DNA of 64,000 nucleotides from an uncultured Pelagibacteraceae bacterium (GTDB lineage Bacteria; Pseudomonadota; Alphaproteobacteria; Pelagibacterales; Pelagibacteraceae): NCBI GenBank assembly GCA_902579105.1, contig CACHFM010000003.1:21622-85621 (forward strand). Direction: 5' to 3'. Shown here piece after piece: positions 1 to 9,234 of this stretch. Position 1 is the stretch's first letter. Every line of letters starts with the position of its first letter. The translations under genes and the position numbers were made by a program. The notes beneath the pieces are model-generated. The model saw nothing but the letters and a program-made list of their open reading frames with translations. It made no database searches and was not told where the DNA came from.

Positions 1-268
1 CTGCTTTAGATAATATTTTTTCAAAAATTTTTTTGTCATCTTTATTTTTTAAATTTAATGCAATACTTTCTTTTCCTCTATTTAGTGACATGAAATAAGC
101 AGAGTAATCATTAATAAAAGGTCCAAATTTCCTAGAGTCATCACCTGTTTCAGGAGCTTCAATTTTTATAACTCTTGCGCCTAAATCTGAAAGTATCATG
201 GTACAATAGGGGCCTACCAGAACTCTAGTTAAATCAATAACTAATAAATTTTTTAAAGGTCCATCCAT
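1..268 (-). CDS. CaiB/BaiF family (class III) CoA-transferase, 5' part only (runs off window start)
   Basis: Not in ORF track; translated by hand from ATG at 268: MDGPLKNLLVIDLTRVLVGPYCTMILSDLGARVIKIEAPETGDDSRKFGP...FMSLNRGKESIALNLK. This is the typical CoA-transferase III N-terminus. Confidence 0.9.
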   Translation of the reverse strand, partial: MDGPLKNLLVIDLTRVLVGPYCTMILSDLGARVIKIEAPETGDDSRKFGPFINDYSAYFMSLNRGKESIALNLKNKDDKKIFEKILSKA

Positions 269-277
269 AATTTTGTT

Positions 278-315
278 AAAAAAAAAGGGCTTTGTATAAA
301 TGCAAAGCCCTTTTT
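278..315 (-). terminator. Intrinsic terminator hairpin (probably bidirectional) downstream of the betaine-family binding protein gene
   Basis: GGGCTTTG-tataaatg-CAAAGCCC stem flanked by an A run on the left and a T run on the right, about 20 bp past the stop of 334..1338. Confidence 0.85.
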
Positions 316-333
316 ATAAATTATATTAGAGAA

Positions 334-1338
334 TTAATTAGGTATCCAGCTTCTCCATTTATCAGGATTAGCATCTTTCCATTCTTTAACTACTTCTTTT
401 AAATCTCTATTTTTTTGCTTAACTTCAACTAACATTACAGCCTGGTCAGCATTATCGAATTTCATTTTAGTAAAAAATTCAGCTGCTTTTGCATGTTCTG
501 CTTTTGCAAAAGTTTCAGGGTTACCATAATTGAAAGTGTAGTCTTTAGCCCAACCAGTTGCTGGCCATGCAGCTGTACCACAATCTTTCCAATTATTTGC
601 TTCTGTAAACGAGTCGCAAGTTTTATGATCAGGAAGACCTACACCAACCATGTCGTATGCTCCAAAGAACCAATGTGGCTCCCATAGATATAACAAGAAA
701 GGCTCTTTTCTTTCATATGCTGCGACTGCTTCAGCAATTGCCGCTGCTTCTGTTCCTAGTTCGTCAGCTTGGAAATCTATTCCTAAAAGATCAAGTCTTT
801 TTTGATCATGACAGTTCCAACCTGCTACAGGACAAGCAATTAATCTTCCTCTTTTTCCAGATTCTATAGTAGCAAATTTATCTTTATGTTTGTTTAAATC
901 TTTCCAAGATTTTATTCCAAGACTTTCTGCTGCGTATCTAGGAATGAAATAATCTGAAAGACCAATTATTCCAGATGTTCCCAAAAGTTTTACACTTCCA
1001 TCACCTTCGTAATTGAACATTGTTTTACCATCATATATTAGTGGACCCTTCATCATTACAGTGTCAGCTTCCGCGTAACTAGGCCAACTTTCGCAAGCAA
1101 AGTCAATTTCACCTGCAGCGATTGCTTCCCATAAACCAGTTCCTGATGGAAATACTACTCTTTTTACTTTGTATCCTAGTTCTTCTTCTAGCATACTTAC
1201 AGCAACTTGACATGTGATCTCTCCACCAGTCCAGTCAGCAACAGCAGCCGTTAACCTTTTAGCATTCGCTGTTCCAAAACTTCCAAGTATTAAGATAAAA
1301 GACAATATCAATGCTGATAATGTTTTTGATAATTTCAT
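334..1338 (-). CDS. Glycine betaine/proline-betaine family ABC substrate-binding protein (ProX/OpuAC fold)
   Basis: Signal peptide (..GTANA/K); DWTG, ESWP and YLWEPHWF motifs typical of ProX-like aromatic-cage proteins; GGGG-type RBS upstream. Confidence 0.88.
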   Translation of the reverse strand: MKLSKTLSALILSFILILGSFGTANAKRLTAAVADWTGGEITCQVAVSMLEEELGYKVKRVVFPSGTGLWEAIAAGEIDFACESWPSYAEADTVMMKGPLIYDGKTMFNYEGDGSVKLLGTSGIIGLSDYFIPRYAAESLGIKSWKDLNKHKDKFATIESGKRGRLIACPVAGWNCHDQKRLDLLGIDFQADELGTEAAAIAEAVAAYERKEPFLLYLWEPHWFFGAYDMVGVGLPDHKTCDSFTEANNWKDCGTAAWPATGWAKDYTFNYGNPETFAKAEHAKAAEFFTKMKFDNADQAVMLVEVKQKNRDLKEVVKEWKDANPDKWRSWIPN

Positions 1339-1496
1339 AGATTTTCCCCTCTATTTTTAAATTTAAAATTATATTTTAGCTCAAAAAAGTGATTAAAGTA
1401 AACTTTATAAATTTACATAAAATTCAATAATTAATTGAAATTAAGTGCGGTTAAAAGTTCCAGTTATCATTAATTCAAGCAAATTATATGCTTATT

Positions 1497-2672
1497 TTAT
1501 GGTATTTTCGGTATTGTTCTATCTAAACCTTTAGCAATTTTTTTGTCATGATCAAAGAAAGGAAGATTTACGATATCACAAGAGTGTTTATCTCCATTAA
1601 AAAGTTCAAGAATTAGTTTTTTTCCTGGCCAATCGCCTGGTTTATAAAATCTAACATAACCAATTCCTAATTTTAAAGTTGGAGAAGGAACACCAGCAGT
1701 AATATGTCCTACAATCTTATCTCCATCTAAAATCTTACTTCCAGATACTGGAGTTTCAGTTTTGCAAGTAACTCCAAATAAACAAGGTCTCCTATCTTTA
1801 TTGTTTAAAGCGTCACGACCTATAAAATCACCTTTTTCCATATTAACAAAAAACTCCAAACCAGCTTCAAAAGGTGTAATTGTTGTATCGATATCTGTTA
1901 AATTTCCAAAAATTCCTCCTTCTATTCTCCTAATAGTCATTGCTCTAGAAGCAGAAAGTTCCATTCCGTGAGGTTGTCCACAATTCATTAAATGATCCCA
2001 TAATGCTAAATGGTCAGTTTTAAATCCGTCAGAGTAGATTTCAAAACCAAGTTCATTCGTAAAACCTGTTCTTGAAACATAAAGGTTTTGTCCGCCCAAA
2101 TCAAAAAAACCAGATCTAAAATATTTCATGTTTTCATCAATTTTTCCATTAGATGCAGTTTTCATTATATCAATTGATGCAGGACCTTGTATTTGTAAAA
2201 CTCTAGATTTTGGATCAGAAATTTTGACATTATAATTTGAAGTATGCGCTAATAACCAATCTTCAAAAGGTCCATCTGCTTGAACATACCAAAATTTATT
2301 TTCACTAAATTTGAATAGAACTCCATCCATAAAAATTCCACCTTGAGGCGTGCAGGCTAAAGAATAATAACCTCTACCTTCAATAACCGAAGAAACTTTT
2401 CTTGTTAAAACTTTATCAAGAAAAGGTATTGCGTCAGGTCCAGATATTTCGATAGGTTTTTCAGGCACATCAAAGATAAGTGCTTTCTGTCTTAGTAACC
2501 AATATTTTTTAATTGGATCTTCACCAATAGACATCGGAAAGTATCTTCCAGCATAAACACCACGAACCATTTCAGGACTATGAGTTCTTTCAATATAAGG
2601 AGACTCTTCAAATCTACGTGCACTTATTTTTATAGTTTTTTTAAGATCTGATAATTCTTGAAGATTTCCCAT
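1497..2672 (-). CDS. GcvT-family THF-dependent aminomethyltransferase/demethylase, DmdA-like architecture
   Basis: SARRFEESPY N-terminus, IEISGPDA, GRGYY, RTGFTNELGFEIY, RIEGG, C-terminal GcvT barrel. Confidence 0.88.
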   Translation of the reverse strand: MGNLQELSDLKKTIKISARRFEESPYIERTHSPEMVRGVYAGRYFPMSIGEDPIKKYWLLRQKALIFDVPEKPIEISGPDAIPFLDKVLTRKVSSVIEGRGYYSLACTPQGGIFMDGVLFKFSENKFWYVQADGPFEDWLLAHTSNYNVKISDPKSRVLQIQGPASIDIMKTASNGKIDENMKYFRSGFFDLGGQNLYVSRTGFTNELGFEIYSDGFKTDHLALWDHLMNCGQPHGMELSASRAMTIRRIEGGIFGNLTDIDTTITPFEAGLEFFVNMEKGDFIGRDALNNKDRRPCLFGVTCKTETPVSGSKILDGDKIVGHITAGVPSPTLKLGIGYVRFYKPGDWPGKKLILELFNGDKHSCDIVNLPFFDHDKKIAKGLDRTIPKIP

Positions 2673-2685
2673 TTAAGTTCCTTTT

Positions 2686-5016
2686 TTAATTTAAAGAATC
2701 ATCCAACCTAATAATAACCGGTGGTTCATGTGCTGTTACTTTAGGTGGTTTATCATTATATTTTTCCATCTCTACAAGACATGAATGTGCAATTGGTCCT
2801 TGACCAAGTTTTGATGTCCCTTTATCACGTGTTAATATATTAGGATTTCCATGTTTGCAAATACTTCCATGCTCCATAGGATTTTGAGGATCGTACCATG
2901 CTCCAGTACTAATTTGAGCTACTCCCTGCATAACTTTCTTTTCAATTTTTACACCAGCTAAACAAGCACCACGATCGTTAAATAATTTTACAATATCACC
3001 GTCTTTTAAACCTCGATTTTCAGCATCAATAGGGTTTATTTCTACAGGTTCTCTATCGTTAATTTTAAAAGATTTACTATACTTTCCGTGGTCCATTTGG
3101 CTATGTAATTTATTTTTGGGTTGGTTTGATATTAAATGAATATGGAATTTTTTATTTTTTTGACCTAGCCATTCGCAAGGTTCTAGCCAAACAGGGTGGC
3201 CTGGGCAGTCATCATATCCGAATTCTGCAACTGTTTTAGAGAAAATTTCAATTTTACCGCTAGGTGTATTTAACGCATTTTTAATTGGGTCTTCTCTAAA
3301 ATCTTTAAGCATAAGTGTTGGTTCAGATGGATCTGAAATTTTAAACCATCTATCTTCTCGAAATTTTTTATAACTCGGTATTTTTATATTAGCTGCTGCA
3401 GCACGTTCGGTAGTTTCTTTATATATCCATTTTTGCCATTCTTCTTGATTTCGTCCTTCTGTAAATTTTTTCTCTACTCCCATTTTTTTTGCAATTCCTG
3501 CGAAAATTTCAAAGTCGTTCTTAGCTTTTCCATAAGGTTCAACTAATTTATCCATTGATACAACATACGGATCACGTGGTGTCATCATAATATCATATCT
3601 TTCAAGGGGTGTTGTACAGGGTAATACAATATCAGATCTTTTAGCAAGAGTGTTCCAACACCATTCATTCGAAATAATTGTATCTGGTTTTTCCCATGCT
3701 TTTACTAGACGATTTATATCTTGATGATGATGAAATGGATTTCCACCTGCCCAATAAACTATTTTAGTATTTGGATATTCATAACTTTTTCCATCAAAAT
3801 CAAAACTTTGGCCTGGATATAATAACAGGTCACTAATTCTTGCTACAGGAATAAAGTTATCTATTTCATTTTTAGTTTGAGGAAAAGCTGCACCGGGTAA
3901 AACTGTAAATTGACCTCCAATATAATTTGTTGCACTATAACCAAAACCAAATCCTCCGCCAGGAAGACCTATTTGTCCTACCATTGACGCTAACATTATT
4001 GCCATCCAAAATGGTTGTTCGCCATGATCTTGTCGAGTTAAAGACCAACTTACAGATATCATAGTTGTTTTAGTAGAAATTTTTCGAGCAAGCTCTTTAA
4101 TTTTTGATGAAGGAATATTACATATTTCAGCTGCCCACTCTGCATTTTTTACAATACCATCATTAGTTCCTAACAGATAAGGTAAAAATTTTTCAAACCC
4201 TTCTGTATATTTTTCTAAAAACTTTTTATCACTTAATCCTTCAGAATGAAGTGTATAAGCTAATCCAAGCATTAGCGCTGTATCAGTATTTGGTCTTGCT
4301 TTTATCCATTCACCTTTTGCCCCATCTATAAGATCAGATTTTAAAGGACTTATATTAATGAATTCTATTCCAGATTTAGCTGCATCAAGAATATTTTCTT
4401 TTTGATAATGATGTCCAGTTCCACCTTGAGATATCTGACCATTTTTAATTGGTATTCCACCAAAACAAATAAATAATTCTGTATTTTTCTTTATTAAATC
4501 CCAACTTGTACATGTATCAAGATAGGCTCGATAACTTCCTAGTATGTGTGGAACCATTGCCTCGGCTGCTGCAAAACTATAAGTAAACTTTGATCGAGTA
4601 TATCCTCCTATACAATTTAAAAATCTATGAAGTTGACTTTGTGCATGATGAAATCTACCCGCACTTGCCCAACCATATGAGCCACCAAATATAGAAGCAT
4701 TACCATAAGTATTTTTTACTCTGTTCAATTCATCTGCTACAAGTTTCTCTGCTTTTTCCCAGCTAACCTCAACAAATTGATCACTACCACGAAGCTCATT
4801 GTGGCTTCCTGGTCCATTTTCCAACCAACTTTTTCTTATCATTGGTGCATCGATACGAGTTGGTCCATCCTGAACATCTAAAATACCAGGACCAATTGGT
4901 GATGGGTCTTTGTCAAATTCCCAACCTATAAGTTCTTCAACCTTTCCATTTTTTACTTTTGCTCTATATGTACCCCAATGACTGCTAGTTAATGGCAGAC
5001 CTTTATCTTTGGTCAT
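2686..5016 (-). CDS. bisC: Molybdopterin (bis-MGD) S-/N-oxide reductase, BisC/DMSO reductase family, cytoplasmic
   Basis: SSHWG, RGSDQFVEVSW, GGSYGWASAGRFHHAQSQL, YSFAAAE (Mo-ligand Ser), GGNPFHHHQD, HSQMD, GNPNILT; no Tat leader. Confidence 0.88.
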   Translation of the reverse strand: MTKDKGLPLTSSHWGTYRAKVKNGKVEELIGWEFDKDPSPIGPGILDVQDGPTRIDAPMIRKSWLENGPGSHNELRGSDQFVEVSWEKAEKLVADELNRVKNTYGNASIFGGSYGWASAGRFHHAQSQLHRFLNCIGGYTRSKFTYSFAAAEAMVPHILGSYRAYLDTCTSWDLIKKNTELFICFGGIPIKNGQISQGGTGHHYQKENILDAAKSGIEFINISPLKSDLIDGAKGEWIKARPNTDTALMLGLAYTLHSEGLSDKKFLEKYTEGFEKFLPYLLGTNDGIVKNAEWAAEICNIPSSKIKELARKISTKTTMISVSWSLTRQDHGEQPFWMAIMLASMVGQIGLPGGGFGFGYSATNYIGGQFTVLPGAAFPQTKNEIDNFIPVARISDLLLYPGQSFDFDGKSYEYPNTKIVYWAGGNPFHHHQDINRLVKAWEKPDTIISNEWCWNTLAKRSDIVLPCTTPLERYDIMMTPRDPYVVSMDKLVEPYGKAKNDFEIFAGIAKKMGVEKKFTEGRNQEEWQKWIYKETTERAAAANIKIPSYKKFREDRWFKISDPSEPTLMLKDFREDPIKNALNTPSGKIEIFSKTVAEFGYDDCPGHPVWLEPCEWLGQKNKKFHIHLISNQPKNKLHSQMDHGKYSKSFKINDREPVEINPIDAENRGLKDGDIVKLFNDRGACLAGVKIEKKVMQGVAQISTGAWYDPQNPMEHGSICKHGNPNILTRDKGTSKLGQGPIAHSCLVEMEKYNDKPPKVTAHEPPVIIRLDDSLN

Positions 5017-5017
5017 A

Positions 5018-7141
5018 TTAATTTTTTTCTAAACCTAGTGCTATTCTCTGTTTTTTTGTCCAAGCAAGACTAATTCTATCGATTATTATAGCTAGAAGAA
5101 CTATACCAATACCTGCCGCCAATCCTCTTCCCGTATCAGATCTTGCCAATCCATTAAAAACTTCAAGACCTAGACCTTTACCACCGATTAAAGGGGTAAC
5201 AATTTGCATTGCAAAAGCCATGATAACAGTTTGATTAAAACCTATTACTAAACTTGGAATAGCTAAAGGAAATTTAACTTTATTTAATGTTTGTAGCAAA
5301 GTTCCTCCAAAAGATCTTGATACTTCAGAATAACTTCCAGAAACTTGGGTTAAACCTAAAGAGGTTAATCTAATAATAGGTGGAATAGAATAGATAACAG
5401 TTGCCAATACAGCAGAAACAATACCACCGCCAAAAAACATTAAAACTGGAATTAGATAACAGAAATAAGGAAGTGTTTGCATTGCATCTAAAACAACGTT
5501 CTGAATATTTCTAAATCTTTCATTGTATGAAGCTATTATTCCTAAAGGAACTCCCAAGGCAAAACATAAAAAGACAGAAACTAAAACAGATGAAAGCGTA
5601 ATCATTGACTGAGACCAAATCCCGCACGCACCAATAAAAAGTAAAAGCAAAGCAGTGATAAATGCAAATCTTAAACCAACTGTAAAATAACCAATAGCAA
5701 CGAATATAGCCATCGTAAACCACCATGGTATATGAGTTAAAAATACATCAAGTGGATGTAATAAGTTTAAATAAACGAATGCTCTTAATCCCTTTGTAAA
5801 ACCTATAAATCCTGGGTGAACAGTTAAAGCTTTTACTGCATCAGCTATAGGCTGTCTTATTGATAATTTCCAATCTGATGGGAAGGTACCAATTTCGTAA
5901 ATGCTAGAATTTATAAATGATATTAGAAATAAAACTATTAAAGATGGTATTACGTAATATCTTTTTGATATGAATTCTCCAATCTCGATTGCATTATTTT
6001 TACTAAATAAAGATATTAATAATTCAGATACATAAGCAATTAAATTTGTAATTTTTATACAAACGAAATCGATAATAGAACTTCCAAAACTTAATGGTTT
6101 TTCGATTATTCTTGCAATTTGATATTTTTCCCAATTTTGAGGCAATAAATAAAATTTTTGAACATCAGAAGGAAGCGGATCAACTTGTTTACTAAAAGAC
6201 ATGCTAAATCTATCAAACATGATGGCCATAAATAAAATACATAAACCACCTTCCATTGCCCATCCAACGTCCAAGTTTCTAATCGCTAACCATACTTGAC
6301 CACCAATTCCTTCAGCACCTATAAAACAAGCCAAAACAACTAGTGCTAAAGCCATCATTATTACTTGGTTAATACCCATCATAATACTAGGAAGAGACAT
6401 TGGAAGTTTTATTTTAAATAAAAGTTGCAATCTGCTCGAACCAAATGAAGTCGCAGACTCAACTGTTTCCTTTGATACTTGTCTTATTCCAGTATTGGTT
6501 AATCTTATAATCGGAGGCATAGCATAAATCATAGTTGCTAATATTGCTGGCGCTCCTCCAATTCCAAAAAAGAATAATGCAGGAAATAAATAAACGAAGG
6601 CAGGCATTACCTGCATTGTATCTAAAACAGGTTTCATGAAATTATCAAATCTGTCACTTTGAGAACAAAGTATTCCTAATGTTGTACCAAACAAAACACA
6701 CAGTAAAACTGATAGCCCCATTAAAGCAACTGTTTGCAGTGACTCGTCCCACATACCGGTTGCTCCCCAAAAATAAACTACAAATAAAGAATATAAACCT
6801 AATTTTAAACCACCCGATATTAAACAAGGAAGAAAAAAAAGTGCTGCCACTAAAAGCCATGGAGCTTCAAGAAAAAAATCTTCAAGAAAATAGTACCCCT
6901 CTTTTATATAGCTTGCTATAATTTTTGTAATCCATCTGTAATTTTTTTTTAGATAATCTTCGCCCTCATTCACCCATGCCGTAAATTTAAATTCATCAGT
7001 TACAACTTTTGGGAATTTAGATGGACCTTCACTTTGAGTAGAAAGCACCAAAGCAACTATAAAAACTAATAAAATGACTCCATATGTTATTATGTTTTTT
7101 GATTGATTTGTTTTGCTTACAGTTTCTACAAGATTAGACAT
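5018..7141 (-). CDS. Betaine-family ABC permease with two fused ProW-like domains
   Basis: Two copies of the LDxMQxxPxFxYLxP and EAA-like (ESATSFG / EVSRSFG) segments; many TM helices. Confidence 0.92.
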   Translation of the reverse strand: MSNLVETVSKTNQSKNIITYGVILLVFIVALVLSTQSEGPSKFPKVVTDEFKFTAWVNEGEDYLKKNYRWITKIIASYIKEGYYFLEDFFLEAPWLLVAALFFLPCLISGGLKLGLYSLFVVYFWGATGMWDESLQTVALMGLSVLLCVLFGTTLGILCSQSDRFDNFMKPVLDTMQVMPAFVYLFPALFFFGIGGAPAILATMIYAMPPIIRLTNTGIRQVSKETVESATSFGSSRLQLLFKIKLPMSLPSIMMGINQVIMMALALVVLACFIGAEGIGGQVWLAIRNLDVGWAMEGGLCILFMAIMFDRFSMSFSKQVDPLPSDVQKFYLLPQNWEKYQIARIIEKPLSFGSSIIDFVCIKITNLIAYVSELLISLFSKNNAIEIGEFISKRYYVIPSLIVLFLISFINSSIYEIGTFPSDWKLSIRQPIADAVKALTVHPGFIGFTKGLRAFVYLNLLHPLDVFLTHIPWWFTMAIFVAIGYFTVGLRFAFITALLLLFIGACGIWSQSMITLSSVLVSVFLCFALGVPLGIIASYNERFRNIQNVVLDAMQTLPYFCYLIPVLMFFGGGIVSAVLATVIYSIPPIIRLTSLGLTQVSGSYSEVSRSFGGTLLQTLNKVKFPLAIPSLVIGFNQTVIMAFAMQIVTPLIGGKGLGLEVFNGLARSDTGRGLAAGIGIVLLAIIIDRISLAWTKKQRIALGLEKN

Positions 7142-7223
7142 TATAAATTAACAAATTAGAATAAAATATTTTACTTTTAAAGAAAAATATTGTCTATTTT
7201 AATTCTTAAACAATGAAAAATTA

Positions 7224-8270
7224 ATGAGTAACAATCAAAAAATAACCTGTTCAAATATATGGAAGCTTTTTGGCTCTGATGAAAAAAGAGTAATGAAAGA
7301 TTTAGACGAGAGTCTTTCTATTAAAGAGGTTCAAGAAAAAACAGGACATGTAGTTGCTGTAAAGAATGTTAGCTTTTCTATAGAAGAAGGCGAGACGTTT
7401 GTAGTTATGGGTTTATCAGGAAGTGGTAAATCTACATTAGTAAGGTGTATCTCAAGATTGATTGAACCAACTTCTGGAACTGTAAAAATGGATGATGAGG
7501 ATGTTACTAAAATGAGTAATAAACAATTATTAGATCTAAGAAGAAACAAAATGAGTATGGTCTTCCAACATTTTGGTTTATTTCCTCACAGAACTGTCAT
7601 TGAAAACATTGCTTATGGCTTAGAGGTTAGAGGAAATAAAAAAATAGAAAGAATTGAAAAATCTATGGAAGTTTTAAAAATGGTTGGACTAGATGGTTGG
7701 CAGAATAATTATCCAAGAGAATTATCGGGTGGTATGCAACAAAGAGTTGGTTTAGCAAGAGCGCTAGCTGTTGATCCTGAAATTTTAATATTTGACGAAC
7801 CATTTTCAGCTCTTGACCCTTTGATTAGAAGAGAAATGCAAGATGAACTTTTAAAAATTCAAGAGAAATTAAAAAAAACTATGGTTTTTATTACTCATGA
7901 TTTTCTAGAGGCAATTAAAATGGCTGATCATATTGCGATAATGAAAGATGGAGAAGTTTCTCAAGTTGGAACACCAGAAGAAATTGTAGCAAATCCTAAA
8001 GATCAATATGTAAAAGATTTTTGTGAAGACGTTCCAAAATATAAAGTTTTAAGTGCCGCAAAAGTAATGAGAAAAGAATGCTGTTCTGATACTAAAGAAT
8101 TTTATAAAACTAAAACAAATTGTATTTTAGACAATTCTAAAATTGAAACATTAATCGATAAACTTGTTGATAGCGACAAAGCTTTTCCAGTTGTATGTAG
8201 CGACACAGGAGAACTACTTGGAGAAATAGATCGAGCTATTGTTATGAATTCAATGAAGTCAGCTAGTTAA
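7224..8270 (+). CDS. Betaine-family ABC ATP-binding protein (ProV/OpuAA-like)
   Basis: Walker A GLSGSGKS, signature LSGGMQQRVG, FDEPFSALDP, FITHD; degenerate CBS tail. Confidence 0.95.
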   Translation: MSNNQKITCSNIWKLFGSDEKRVMKDLDESLSIKEVQEKTGHVVAVKNVSFSIEEGETFVVMGLSGSGKSTLVRCISRLIEPTSGTVKMDDEDVTKMSNKQLLDLRRNKMSMVFQHFGLFPHRTVIENIAYGLEVRGNKKIERIEKSMEVLKMVGLDGWQNNYPRELSGGMQQRVGLARALAVDPEILIFDEPFSALDPLIRREMQDELLKIQEKLKKTMVFITHDFLEAIKMADHIAIMKDGEVSQVGTPEEIVANPKDQYVKDFCEDVPKYKVLSAAKVMRKECCSDTKEFYKTKTNCILDNSKIETLIDKLVDSDKAFPVVCSDTGELLGEIDRAIVMNSMKSAS

Positions 8271-9195
8271 TTTCTCTACTTACATTTATTGATTTTTGTT
8301 TAACTGAGTCTCGCCAGATAATTATCATCCCTGCAAAAACAATTACTAATACTCCAGGAAAAAGTTGTGACCATGGCGCTTCTTTAAAAAATAACCAGCC
8401 AAGAATAAAAGATGATGGAATACCAAAGTATTCAAATGAAGCCATCTTACTTGCCGAAATTAATCGATATGAATAAATAAAAAGTATTGCAGCGGTTCCA
8501 CCAAGAATTCCTGTTAGTGTCATTAATAAAAAGTCTTGAACACTTTTAATTTCAACATGTCCTGATGTTACAAAGTATAAAAAAATTCCTCCTAAAACAT
8601 TAAAGATCAAAGTATATAATTGAATTTTAGCTGTCGAGTGGCCTTCTGGAATGTATTTAAGAATGATGACGGAAAATGACCATGCAATAGCAGTTAGAAT
8701 TGGAAATATAGAATAAAAATTAAAAATTTCACTTGTTGGTTTCATAATTAGAACAACTCCAAAGAAACCAATGAATATTGCAGACCACCTGTAAATTCCA
8801 ACTTTATCCTTTAAAAAAATTATAGACAAAATAACTATAAAAAAAGGAGAAGAAAAAGTTAATGTCATTGCTGTTGCAAATTCAAGATTTATAACCGAGA
8901 TGAATATAAAAATATTCATAGCTAAAAAACATAAGCCTCGAAAAAAACTTAAAAAAACAAATTTATTATTAAGATTTTTAAATACTGATAAATATTCTTT
9001 AGTAAACAATATCAGTACAAACAAAGGAATTATTCCTGCGACATTTCTGAAAACAGCGAGCTGAAAAACTGTATATTCATTTCCAAGAAATTTAATAACA
9101 ACCATATATAAATCAACGCAAAGAATAGCCATTAGCATTGTAGCTATTGCAAGATAAGTTTTTTTAATATCAACTATTTCTGATGAATTATTCAT
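8263..9195 (-). CDS. EamA/DMT family transporter
   Basis: About 10 TM helices, two EamA repeats, LKDKVGIYRW motif. Confidence 0.85.
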   Translation of the reverse strand: MNNSSEIVDIKKTYLAIATMLMAILCVDLYMVVIKFLGNEYTVFQLAVFRNVAGIIPLFVLILFTKEYLSVFKNLNNKFVFLSFFRGLCFLAMNIFIFISVINLEFATAMTLTFSSPFFIVILSIIFLKDKVGIYRWSAIFIGFFGVVLIMKPTSEIFNFYSIFPILTAIAWSFSVIILKYIPEGHSTAKIQLYTLIFNVLGGIFLYFVTSGHVEIKSVQDFLLMTLTGILGGTAAILFIYSYRLISASKMASFEYFGIPSSFILGWLFFKEAPWSQLFPGVLVIVFAGMIIIWRDSVKQKSINVSREIN

Positions 9196-9234
9196 TTATA
9201 ATTTTTCTAAAATTGTATAAACCTTATAAATAAA

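Noticed and set aside
1423-1439. TTCAAT-N5-ATTGAA inverted repeat upstream of the binding protein gene
   Set aside because: Short, AT-only and single-copy; expected by chance at this base composition
1497-2672. Calling this gene dmdA or gcvT
   Set aside because: No gcvH/gcvP neighbours, and the sequence departs from canonical DmdA as I recall it; kept at family level
2686-5016. Respiratory TMAO reductase (torA)
   Set aside because: No Tat signal, no torC/torD, and the Tyr of S-oxide reductases is present
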